From: Pelomyxa schiedti | Taxonomy: Eukaryota; Protista; Evosea | NCBI GenBank assembly: GCA_020536535.1 | Contig: JAHLWZ010000825.1 | Location: forward strand, 1 to 64,000 | Length of the DNA stretch: 64,000 nucleotides | Reading direction: 5' to 3' | Part shown: positions 48,608-60,096 of the stretch, in pieces | Layout: the number at the start of each line of letters is the position of its first letter | Numbering within the stretch: the first letter of the stretch is position 1 | Position numbers and translations under genes: made by a program | Notes under the pieces: model-generated | What the model saw: only the letters and a program-made list of their open reading frames with translations | Database searches by the model: none | Told to the model about the DNA's origin: nothing

Positions 48608-49102
48608 CGAAAACAAAAAAGTCAAAGAGTGATCGACTATGATTGACAAAACAAATCATTAATTGACTACTATTCTAAGCGTCGCTCGATCCAAAGTAGT
48701 AGCCGTCAATAACAGCCCCCCTCTGAAGATTCGCGTCTGTCCTCAGACGTGCATCAGAGTCCACCATTGCAGGATGTGACCAGTTTGCTACCATGAATCC
48801 ACTCGGTTCCACCAGAGTATCCCCGGAACTTGACTTGGCAGATGTTACCTTCGCAGGTAGTCTTGTGCCCAAGTATAGTTTCTACCTTTGGGTGAAATCA
48901 CCACTCAGCGACAACACAACTCAAAGGTAGCAACTTGAGTTCTGACTCTCCCAGGATGGGATCGCATCCTGTTCCCAAGTCCTGACTTCCTCATCATAAC
49001 AGTGAATAACGGATGAAAAAAATTGAAGATCTTATTTCCTTTAAAATAAAAAAAAACAGAGACAAGGAAGAAGAGGCCTGTTGCCGCCCCACACGTACGC
49101 AC

Positions 49103-50095
49103 ATGGCATCGAAAGCAATTAAACTGGTCATGCTTGGAGGCTGCGGTGTCGGAAAAAGTGCGTGTTGTTATTTTTTCTTTCGGTTTTGTTGTTGTCAACA
49201 CTGACCTCACCCACAGGTGCTATAACGATCAGGTTGGTTTGTTGTTTTTTGTTGTGTTGTTTACGTATTTATTGCGACCAGGTTCGTCCAAGATCGCTTC
49301 GAAACTGATTATACACCAGTATCCTAATTCGATCCTCCTTTTTTGTACTAACTCTTCACCACTTCCACTTTGTTGTGCCCCCATAAACAAGTCTATAGAG
49401 GTATTCCATTCAGAATTGTTATTTTTTCTTAAAATAGCCCATAGAATTCCTTCCAGCGGACCCTTGCTGTTGATGGTTCCAACCATCTTCTTGAAATTTT
49501 AGACACTGCCGGAACAGAACAATTCGTCAGTAATGTTCTACATATCATTGAAACGTTTGCTAATATATATTATAATAACAGCTATGCGAGAGTTATACAT
49601 TAGAACTGGACAAGGGTAGGCATAACAACACAAAATTACCTCACTTTTCTCATTAACTCAACCCAAACCTCTGCACAAATACCTCAGGTTTATACTTGTG
49701 TACGCCATAAACCTTAAGCCATCATTTCTTGCCTTGACGGACATCATCAACCAAATTAAGACACAGAAACCAAAAGATGAAGATCGCCATTTGATGATAG
49801 TCGGAAATAAATGCGACCTCGAGGATAGAGTCATTCCAACATCTGTATGAGGATTCATGTAAATTGTTTTGTTTAAAAACTAAAACAGGATGGTGAAGCG
49901 CTAGCCAAAGCCAATAACGCAAGATTTTTGTATGTACCAAAACTTTTTTTTTTTACATAGCGCAATAACAAGCTATTTGTCAGTGAGGCCAGTGCTCGTA
50001 CAAAGCATAACGTTGTGGAGGCTTTCACACAAATCGTGAGGGATATCCTTTCTCACTCAGCACCAAAAAAGAAACGGTTTTGCACATTACTGTAA
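49103..50095 (+). CDS. Rap-like Ras-family small GTPase (8 exons including 16-nt and 9-nt microexons)
   Basis: KLVMLGGCGVGKS, DYTP|SIE|NSF, LEILDTAGTEQF (Rap signature), VGNKCDL, EASAR, C-terminal KKKRFCTLL* (CaaL). Confidence 0.92.
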
Positions 50096-50325
50096 AACCA
50101 GCCCCATACTCCTCTGTAAAAACCAACAAAAAATCCTTCTTTTCTGTACACCCGGGCCTTTTTCTTTCTTTGGCACTGTTACCTCTTGTAATCATCACCA
50201 GCCACATAAATTGTACCTGCAAAAATAATAATTACCTGTTCCCCTACGCCGACCGATTCTTTTTAAGGGTCTTTCGGCTTCCACAACACAAAGAAAGAAA
50301 AACAAAACAAAAGAACACACATAAA

Positions 50326-51236
50326 ATGAGTTGTTGTGGCAGCAATTGTTGCACACCCCAGTCTGCAGCCCCTGCTGCACCCAAATCGAGCAGTTGTTGT
50401 GCTTCAACATCTAGCTGCTCATCATCGGCCTCGTCTTCCTCGTGCTGCGGTGCTTCAGCGTCTGGGGGTTGCTGTCCTGCAAAAAAGGCTCTCAAGATGT
50501 CACTCGTTTTTATACTCACTGGACTTGTTGGGTATAGAGGAAACTCAACCAATATTAATCGCGGTGACACCACGGCAATAACTCAAAAACAACAAATATT
50601 TGGGCGCTATTAACTCACTCAATGATAGAATGGCTACATCTTTCGTTGTGAGTCACAGGCACGAACATATGTTTCCGGATCTTCATAGTGAGATGTTCAA
50701 TACAAATATCTTCAGGCCTATGACGGACTCCCGAATGGCGTATATGTGCATACATCCATTGTATGACGCCCTCCATCACCCTGCTTTGCGATTTATTTTT
50801 TTTTTCTCGTATTTATGTTCACGTTCTAAATGTCATACTCCCATCATTTGCAGTGTAACCGCAATTATTTCTATGCTGTTGACACGCAAAGTATCTAAGC
50901 AACCCCTACACGCCACTATGTTCTGGGCCCTTCTAAACCTTCCAGGTAAATTGAAGCAAAGCTCACACATCGAGCGACATTCTCATTCCTACAATCTTTC
51001 GTTTCAGGAATGCTTATGACATACTGTTGCTTTAACCTTTCAGGAAAACTTGTTGCTTCATGGTTCATTTCTGGCATCATTCTCATTTTCGGTAAGAATG
51101 AGCCGCCCAAACAAACAAAAACTCACTACCAAATGCAGCACAAACTGGAACTATAAGTTTGTTACGCAGCCTCTTATGTGGAGGCAACTGTGGAGGTTCA
51201 TGTGGCAGTGCTCCTGAGCATCCCAAAAAGAATTAA
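50326..51236 (+). CDS. 4-TM membrane protein with metallothionein-like Cys-Cys-rich N-terminus and Cys-rich tail
   Basis: Four exons read in phase: MSCCGSNCC..GGCCPAKK, TM SLVFILTGLVG|, HSEMFNTNIFRPMTDSRMAYMCIHP|FVTAII..LLNLP|GMLMTYCCF..SWFISG|..CGGNCGGSC. Confidence 0.7.
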
Positions 51237-51433
51237 ACACCAGTTGGAGGTTGTTTCAATAAAGAAAATAATTTTTTTATTTTTTTTGCTACTTTGCTAG
51301 TCTCACACACTTCCACTATCTTCTTTATGCTTGTGTTTGTGTTTGTGTTCCTTCTTGTTTGCTTCCCCATTGATAGTCTCCTATTAAGCATTTTAATCAG
51401 CGTGGTTTTTTAAAAAGAAAGGAGGGTGTGGTG

Positions 51434-54400
51434 TTACGACTGAAATGATCGTACCAAGTAGTCTGAAAGTGCTATTGCTGCTGGAACATAGTACTCATCC
51501 GGTACTTGAATTATCTCTATCTCTCCATCTACTGGGGCACACAAATCGTCATAAAACCTATATGGGTGGCTCAGCTTTCCTTAAAGTGAAAAAAGTCATA
51601 CTTTTTGAGAAGCTTTGAGTTACTCTGTAGGAACTCATTAAACTTCATCATGAATTCTTCCTTGTTTCCAAATTCAACTCCATTGGCTAAACTCTGTAGC
51701 ACCTTTGAAATGACAACCATCTGTCTTCGCAGATTTTCGGGTGGGGGTTTGGGAAGCAACCCATAACTTGAAGTGCATGTAAATCAAAACGCATTGGTAT
51801 AAGATACACACGTCTCTGGTACAAGAATTGCAGTGTTATAGAATCGAAGGAATACAAAGGCACCAAGGGATTGCATGTCATAATTAGGAATCTTGGGTTG
51901 AATCTCAGAGCGAATGTGACCACAAATCCTCTTCAGGGAAAGTGGAACGTTGTTTGCAGAACGTGTAATTTGAACTAAGAACTTGGTGCACATTAGCTCC
52001 ACGCCAATTGCGTTAAGTCCTTCATCCACATCCTCACTCATATTTAGGGGATTGACCTGATCCAATATTATCTCCAGGAGTTAACATAAACTTACACACC
52101 TCGTAGTCAGTTGTGACAAGGGCAACAGAGGCTGATTCCCCACTTTCTTGCTCCTGGTTAAGGTTAATCGCAGGAAATTTGGGCATTGATATGTTGCGGA
52201 CAAAACTGTACCTCTCTATCCATTTGCTCTTGCAGGATATTTTCAAACAAAACAGCAAGGGTTTGGAAGAGGTAAGGAAGTCCAACCATTTTGGAGTAAA
52301 ACTGAGGAAGCATCAGAAACAGCGGTAGCAGTTAAAGAGAGGGCAACCTTGAAAGCCTTTGTTGCATGACTATTAGAGCGGAAAAGGGTTGTTGGGTCAT
52401 CTGGGATAGACTGTAATTCCAAAGAGATTAGATGCATTATCTATGTACTGGAATGAGAAGATAAATCTTTTTTGGAGATGGATGAATCACCATATCGGCA
52501 GCCTTGCTGTGTCGCTCATAGAAGTAGACAAGAGCTTTACAGACATTCTCTGACTCGGTTACTCCAGTTTGAGATATGATTGTATCCGCAGTGGTCCAGA
52601 CATTTTGTTCTGCCTCTTGGATCTTTTCAGTGTTAGGATTACAGTATCTATCGCAATTTGTACAAGTATTTTTTCTATCTCTGCAACTTTGAGGTTTGAT
52701 GTTTCTGTGTCGTACATAGATAGCACTTGTACATCAGTGAACCTGTGATAAGGTTAGAAAAAGCCAGCTAGTGTTTCTAATCGACATTTTTTTCCACAAC
52801 TCGGATGACCGCAGACGTAGTCTTGAGGCTCTTCTTTTCCTTTGTAGTACTAGACCAAACAAAGCAATTAAAGGAAAAACGCATGCTAGGATGCCAAGGA
52901 GCCCTAAGAGCTCGAGGTGATTACTTTTGGCTAGTTCTCAGTTGGTACAAAGTGACTACTGGAAAGAAAAAGACCTTCTGAGTGACTGTCTTGTTCCTCA
53001 CACGTCGGACCGTGCCAGTGGAGGAAGCATAAGCAATAGACTGTACCATTTGAGTACATTGTGCAAGAGCCCTTGTCACATTTGATGGCAGAGCACGGGC
53101 TTCGGGGCAGTCATCACATAAAAGAAAAGAAAGAGAGCACGTACTCATGTGCCGTGGAGAATGTGGATGAGGTTGAAAGGGTATTTTCAAAACCATTGGA
53201 TATAACAAGGAACCAGAGGTAAGATGTATCAGAGTTGACTTGTAGAGAAAGTGACGTTTTATCAGGGAGAGCTGTTTCATTATGGCAAACTTCCCATGTG
53301 GAATTGGCAGTTTTGTTTACTAAGGAATTAAAGTGAAAAAAAAAAAGAAAAAAAAAAAAGAAAGAAAGTATTACCTTGATTTAGCACAATCAATTGGAAG
53401 GAATATATATAGCCACTTGTGGGTGGGCAGATGTGTCCCCAGAAAGTTGTATTGCTCCACCGGAAATTGACCAACCCGTAGGAGACATTACTTATATTTA
53501 CAGGATAAACTAGGGCGGGGGGTAACGGGAAAGAATGCTCGCAAGAAATAAAACGAAGATAGTCTGTTGTTGACTGCATTTGATCCTAATTGAAGGTAAG
53601 ATTTAGAACAAACAGGAGGATTTGAACTGTATTTGTTACTCGGACCCGCCAGAAGTATCTGTTCAAGTTTAATATCCACTTGACTTACAAACATATTATA
53701 CCTGGAGTCCATTGTCCAATCAGACGTATTGAACTGGATGGAATTTGGCAGTGTACCATCATCAATGATGGTATCAGTGGGGATTAAAGGCCAGGCAGCA
53801 GTATTGTCTGTCACAAAGAGCTTATAGGTACGAGGAACAAGAGTCTGGCATTCTGTGCCCCAATTGCTAAGAGATGTAATGAACAACTGCGTGGTAAGAG
53901 GCACAATGGCACCCTCTAAAGGAGAAGTGAGGGCAGGATAGCCCGGAAACTTAGCAATGCACACTAGGAAACGTGAGCAAATGAGGAGATAGGGATTGAA
54001 GTACCAGAGAAGTAAAAGTGTGTTGAGGCAGCAGAGTCAAGGTCTCCATTAGACGAAGTCATCCACCATTCATAGGATCCTTGTAAGCCATTTAGGTGAA
54101 AAGAAATAAAATGAATTTTGTACCTTCTGTGAGAGTTACACTAGTCTGTGTAACACTTAACTCGGAAGTAAGAGACCAAGTGTTGGGTATTTTTTGTATG
54201 GTAAACGTCATTACATTTGTTTGTGCCTTGAAACAACTGAAGCCGTAGTCCGGTTCCGTCCAGTTGAATGAAACTGTTAGCTGAGAGAGACTGCTGCCAG
54301 AGGTAGGGAAAGATGGGATTGGGGGATCTGGGAAAATAGCTTTGCACAGATAAAACGTCCTTGTGAGAGAAAAAACCTGCAATAATGTATTGTCAAAGGC

Positions 54401-57400
54401 GCAGGGGGAATTGGTGACTATACTCTTTGCTCAGTGTTATTTACTTCCACATTCCAGCTCCATGTTCCCGGACTGAGGTGAACAAGGCCAGCATCGCTCT
54501 GCATTTGAGGAAAAACACTGTAACTGTTCCCCAAGGGGTATGCCGTATAGGAGGTAGTAGCGTTGAAAACGTGAAGGGTAATAAGGCATGACTTCACTTC
54601 AGGGCACGTTGTTCCACAAGACGGAGAGGTCCAAGAAAGATCAACAGATTCATTTTCATTGAAATTGACCTCCTCCCCGTCTGGCGGACTTGCAGGATTT
54701 GGTGCAGCTGGGTTCATTCTAACACACGTAGAAAATAATCCAAAAGGTGTTGGAGAAAAAACTGCCCCATTGAAGTATGTTACACCCCAGGAATAATGTC
54801 CAGCTGAAGTGGAGAGGATGGTTGTTGGATAGGATGTAGTATTGACAGACAGGGTCTCATTAAGAACGGTTTCTCGAGAGTTCGTGTCATAGACAGACAA
54901 AATTATGAAATTCGTGATATTGGATTCACAGTTATTTCCAAGTGCTGGTGGTCCCCAGTAAAAGTACACCTGATCGAATAGAATAACAGCTCCTTCTGAT
55001 GGGTATATCAAATCTGCACTATCCACAAGAACATCTGGGACACAGTACGTGAAATTTGTTTTTGCTTTACTGGAACATGTTCCTGAAGTACAAGCTGCAA
55101 CCGAAACCAAATTGGTGATCCCTGCAGATACCGTGGTTTTAAAGGAAGATGTACTAGAATCGATAGTGTGAGGCAAGTCATTGATCACCAATAGATAGTT
55201 GGAGCTTTGGTGGCAAGCCTCCCCCCAAGAACTTGGTGGGTCCCATTCCAACATAACTGGATTGCTCCGCAACAGACCAGACGGCGACAGATTTCGAGGC
55301 ATACTTGGCTCGGTAATAGTGCATGTAGAGAAGAACTTGCTATCTGAGGTTGAATTCAAAACCCCATTGTTCGCAATTACTCTCCAAATCCACTTTGCCG
55401 GTTGGAAGATTCCGGAAAAAGTTTTACTGGATCCCAGGTGAGTTTCTATCCATAAACTAGTGCTATCATTATGAAACTGGAGTATAAACTCTTTTAGATT
55501 TGTAGTATTGCACGTTTTTCCAAATGACTTGTAGTTGTCTCCCCATGAAAGAGAGACTTGAGTAGTGAGGAAAAAGGAGCTATTGCTTGGAGAGCTTAGT
55601 ACTGGTACATCCGGTGCTGTATTATTGCACACAGGCACTATGGGTTGGCTATTGTTTGCTGTGACATTCAGGACAACAGTAGAATTAACTTGGACAGTTT
55701 GGTTCACAGGTACAGTAGTATTGACAGTAACGGTTTTGTTGACTATAACTGTTTGATTCACAGCAACTGTCTGGTTTACAACAACAGTTTGATTGACCGT
55801 AATTGTTTTATTGACTGACACAGTTTGGTTGACACTCACAGTTTGGTTGGTGAGAGCTGTAATATTCACTGTTATCGTCTTGTTGACTGGAACAGTTACA
55901 TTTACCGTAGATATCTCTGTAACAGTGCAATTGATATCTACTGTGGTATTTGCAACACAAAAAACTGTCACAGAAGAGCCTGAACTGCAATTGACTGTTT
56001 TTGTGCCGTTGGACGTGCAGTTTATGTGAAGTGTTTCATTCACATACACTGTAGTGATATTCTTTGTCAGAGTTGTATTGACAGTAACTGTTTGATTGAC
56101 AGATACTGTGGCGTTAACTGCAATTGTCTGGTTCACCACTTGTGTTTGGTTCACTACCTGAGTCTTATTTACAGAAATAGTTTGATTCACGTTGACAGTC
56201 TGGTTGACTACATGTGTTTCATTAACAATAACAGTTTGATTTGTAGTCACAGTTTGATTGACAATAACTGTTTGGTTGACTGTTACAGTAACTGTGGAAT
56301 TGGCTATGGGCGCAACATACAGCCTTTCTACTGTCGAGAAGCTGCTGCGGCTACTGAAGCCATTGCCGATAAGCACATACCACTCTGCCACTCCAACATT
56401 GAGTGTTACCACTAAGGAACCATTGGTCGAGGCATTTTGTAGTGCCACAGTGCCATTAAAGAAAACAGTGATATTACACAGGGTAGTACCACAGGCTTCC
56501 CCACAAGAGGTAATTGTCCACTGTAAAGAAACATTACTTTCTTTTGTTTGGAAAGAAGAGTCAGGCAGAAGTGTTGGGTAGTCTGGTGCTGACTGTTGAC
56601 AGATACTGACGGTTTGCATTGGTGACACGGGGTTGTGAATTGAATTTTGCACACTCAGAGCCCAGTAAAGAGTACCAGTAGACAAGCCCGTGGGGAAATA
56701 GGAAGTGGTGCTGAAGTTAGAAATAGAGTGCCAAATAGAGGAGTCATTATATGAGCTGAGATCATTGGAGTACCACAAAAGTAGAGCTTGAGGTTTTCCA
56801 GTTTCACAATTAAAACCAAAATCCACCTTTTGCCAGTACAGTGTCGTAAGGCCTAGAATGTATATCTGTCCAGTGAGTGGAGATACCAGAGTGGGTGATA
56901 ACTCAGGTTGGCAAATACAGACGGTGAAGTGCCGTACTTCTGTGGATTTTGCTAGCACTGTATTATTGGCTACCACCCACCAGGTGTAATTTCCTTGCCC
57001 AAGTGCTAAAGATACCTTGTTGTCAACAGTTCTTGTGACGAATTGGCCATCAATATACAGTGTGTAAGTACCATCTAATTGCATTTAAAGAGTTGTTTAG
57101 AGAGAGAGAGATTTACTTGTTCCTGGACAACTTTTTCCCATATTCGTTTTCATCCAAGACAAGGTGATATTAGTCCTTGTGGCGTCTTTCACAGAGTACA
57201 ACATGTTGTCTATTGGTAAATCCAATGTAAAGTCCCAAGGAGCTGTTGGGGTACAGAAAGTCATGACCCAACTTTGTGAAGACTTTGTGAAGTTCATATT
57301 ATTGGCACTGATGTACCAATTATAGTCACCATCAGGAAGTGTCACATTATGCCTGTACCATGGAACCCGAATTTGTGTGGCCACTTTAGTTGGTGAAGCT

Positions 57401-59434
57401 GCCGTCGAGTACAGGTACACATCGAAGTAGTGATCGTTTGGCACATTGAGATTAAAACCTTTTCCTTTTTTTTAACAAAAAGGGGGTGGGGTAGCATATT
57501 CCGTGTTTACCTGATTGCTTGCATAAAAAATATTTGGTATTTTCACATGCAGTAACATTCCAAGGAACTGCATTTGCTGTAGCATACACACAATCATTGG
57601 CACCGTTATTGCCAGAAGTTCCTGGGAAACCCGGGGGACTATACGTAGAACGTGATCCATCCTGCCACACAAAAGTATTTTCCACGCTTTAAAAGCATTG
57701 GTAATGAAAGCAAAAAAAGTTTTAGGTCGAAAGATATACACGATATCATCGAGTCCAATCCAAATATTACTGCTGGTACCCCATTTTGACAGAACATATG
57801 AGGCTTCCTCACTCGACTCAAAGGAAGCCAGAGAAATGTCTGGCGAAATCGCACGACACGCAGAAGAGGCTGCGGAATAAGTTCTAGAAGGAGTGGATAG
57901 GGATGTAGAAAGCTTATAGCAAGATACAGGATATGAGGAGTTCGGCCAGCATGTCGTGAATCCAGCTGGGGATTGATTGCCTTTTGAATGTAAACAAAGA
58001 GGCTAAATTGGAGCTGAGTTACTTGAAAATAAACCCCATTGCAATAGTGGTGGGTTTGAGGGTCGGTAAGCATTGCTGGGAGGGGATATGTGAAGTGGAG
58101 TATTTGGGTATTGTGGAGAGGTTACAACAAAAGTGAATTGGACAGACGTATTAGAAGCCTGGACATCACGTTTTGCAACTGCAGTGACATTCTTTTATCA
58201 AAAAAGTTAGATAACAGAATTGTTGAGAGTGCTCACCCATGTACAGGTGCCATCAAAGGTAAGACTGATGGTATAGGAGGTTGTATTCACATCTTTTTGT
58301 ACTTTGGAAGTAGATGTACTCGACCCAATGCATGTGTAAGCCACGGTGTATGTGACTGTGGTGTCAGGACATGAACTGCCACTGGAGACTACACCCCAGG
58401 ATAGTTGTGTGGCTCGAGTCTACCAAATAATTATTGGAAAAAAGGTGGTACTAGAAGTAGGACAGCTCACAAAAACAATGGCGTTATTGGAAGGGTACAC
58501 CAATTGAGGGGCATTTGGAGGTGCAAGTAGGCAAAAAGTTTGTGCTGCCTCATATGGTGAAATGGCCTTTGCTGAACAGCGGTAGAAGGCATAGATTGTG
58601 TCCCACTTGTGGCCGCCCCAACAACCTGGAGCGTGGTAAGAACACGACTGAACGTTGTGACACTGCCCCCACATGTCCCCAGTCAGAGGACCGCAATATT
58701 CTTTGTAACGTATGTAAGGAGGACAAAAAAAAAATTCAGCTGGGGAAATACTCCAGTCTGTGTGCACTGCACAGTCGGTACAACTATACCACTGTCCCCA
58801 AGCGTTCTCGAGGTCAATCATAGTGGTCCCAGCAGGACAAGCAACAGTAATGGTAGGGTTCCAGGCGTTAAGTGAACCCCAGCGCATGCAGGTCATCCTT
58901 TTGTTTGTTGGGTTGGAGAAACACGAGACAAAGGCAGTACCTCCTCATTGGCATAGGCGAAGATCTCCAGTAGTAGAAGCCTGGCCCCAAACTTTTTGCT
59001 GTACATTCGTCAGTGAAATCTTATAAGAAAGTCTAAAAAGGAATCGCACTAAGGTTGTGAGCCCCAATGGATATCGACACTGTAATACCAGACGCAACTA
59101 TAGACGCAGCCGTAAAGGAACTAGTATTGCTCACTTCAATGAAGAACTGAGCCAATTTGGTCAAGTCAGTGGTGTCGTACTGGCACGCTGTAGTGAATCC
59201 CTGGTAGTTCACAGAGAATGTCACATTGGCCTTCGCCGTCCTGCTGGCCAGCACATTCGGTTTCAATATCGTGGTTTGAGTGTATCCACCACAAGAAGTG
59301 CAGTTAACGTCGCATTGTGTGGCACCTCCAGAGCAACCCCCAACTAGGAAGAAAAGAACCGCCAACGCCGCAACCGCTACCAACCGACGCAACGTTCGGA
59401 TTTCCGTATGTACGGGATTCACGTTCAACGTCAT
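51434..59434 (-). CDS. Giant single-pass receptor: signal peptide, FN3-like repeats, C-type lectin, N-glycosylated stalk, EGF, TM and cytoplasmic RasGAP domain
   Basis: Signal peptide at 59434; CTL 57515-57951; FN3-like xYxWxVxxxNG repeats; EGF exon 52975-53099; TM LLGLLGILACVFPLIALFGLVL-QRKRR; in-phase introns 52743-52800 and 52623-52663 lead into RasGAP (TTLFRSNS, GAFVFLRF, SKVLQSLANGVEFGNKE). Confidence 0.72.
55645..56305 (-). repeat. Coding hexapeptide repeat (V-x-V-N-x-T)n
   Basis: About 35 N-x-T/S sequons counted in about 220 residues of ORF 54418-57084. Confidence 0.9.
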
Positions 59435-59681
59435 GGTGAGCTTGGCCGGTCGTGTGTTTGGCTTCGATGGCGCGTTTTGGCTTTTGTTTTGTCGGGGTCT
59501 TTCGTGGATGTTTTGTTGGTTTTCCGATTATCTGAATCTTCTTCCCCAGATCTATCAACTTTAACCCAAATCAACGAACAAGTCGGTTATCAAAGACCTG
59601 CTTTTCGAGATTGTCACAGTGCTTCACAAAAAAGGTATTCAAGTAGAAGTTGTACCGGGAGCAGTGCTGTAAAAAACCCGA

Positions 59682-59955
59682 CCATCGGGGATTTTCCCCG
59701 ATGGGAGGTTTTTGGGAGGGGAGGGGAGAATTCGGGGAGAATGATTCCCTCAGTCTTTTTGATCATCAATCCCCAGTCTGCCCGTTTCTCAGCACTGACT
59801 TCTTATCAAAAGAATCAAGAACAATTTCGGGAACGATCAAACGGCTGAGTCAGACAGAGCCTGGTAGTAGATCTCCCAAATCACTCCCAAAATTCTCCCA
59901 AACCCTCCCATCGGGGAACTCTCCCAAAACACTCCCCGGGGGCATTTCCCAAATG
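59682..59955. repeat. Hairpin plus inverted-repeat and G-run cluster in the divergent intergenic region
   Basis: Perfect 10-bp stem ccatcgggga-ttt-tccccgatgg at 59682-59704. ttccccgatgggagg (59694-59708) is the reverse complement of 59904-59918. Repeated ctcccaaa units. Confidence 0.75.
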
Positions 59956-60096
59956 GGAGAAAACAGCACTGGACCGGGAGTGCGTGAGGATCACTCTCAT
60001 CATCAGAAACTCCCAGTGGAGAGCAGCGTGCGACATTTGAATCACCGAAAGCATTGGTTCTCTTCCTTCTCACAGAAAATTCACATTCGTGGAACA

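Noticed and set aside
48675-49060. Short ORFs between the methyltransferase and Rap-like genes
   Set aside because: No coherent start or splice path and no motif; may be promoter/UTR sequence.
59650-60096. 149-codon N-terminal extension of the TRIT1 ORF
   Set aside because: It starts at a non-ATG codon and runs through the repeat-rich intergenic region; homology begins just after ATG 60097. A targeting extension cannot be fully excluded.
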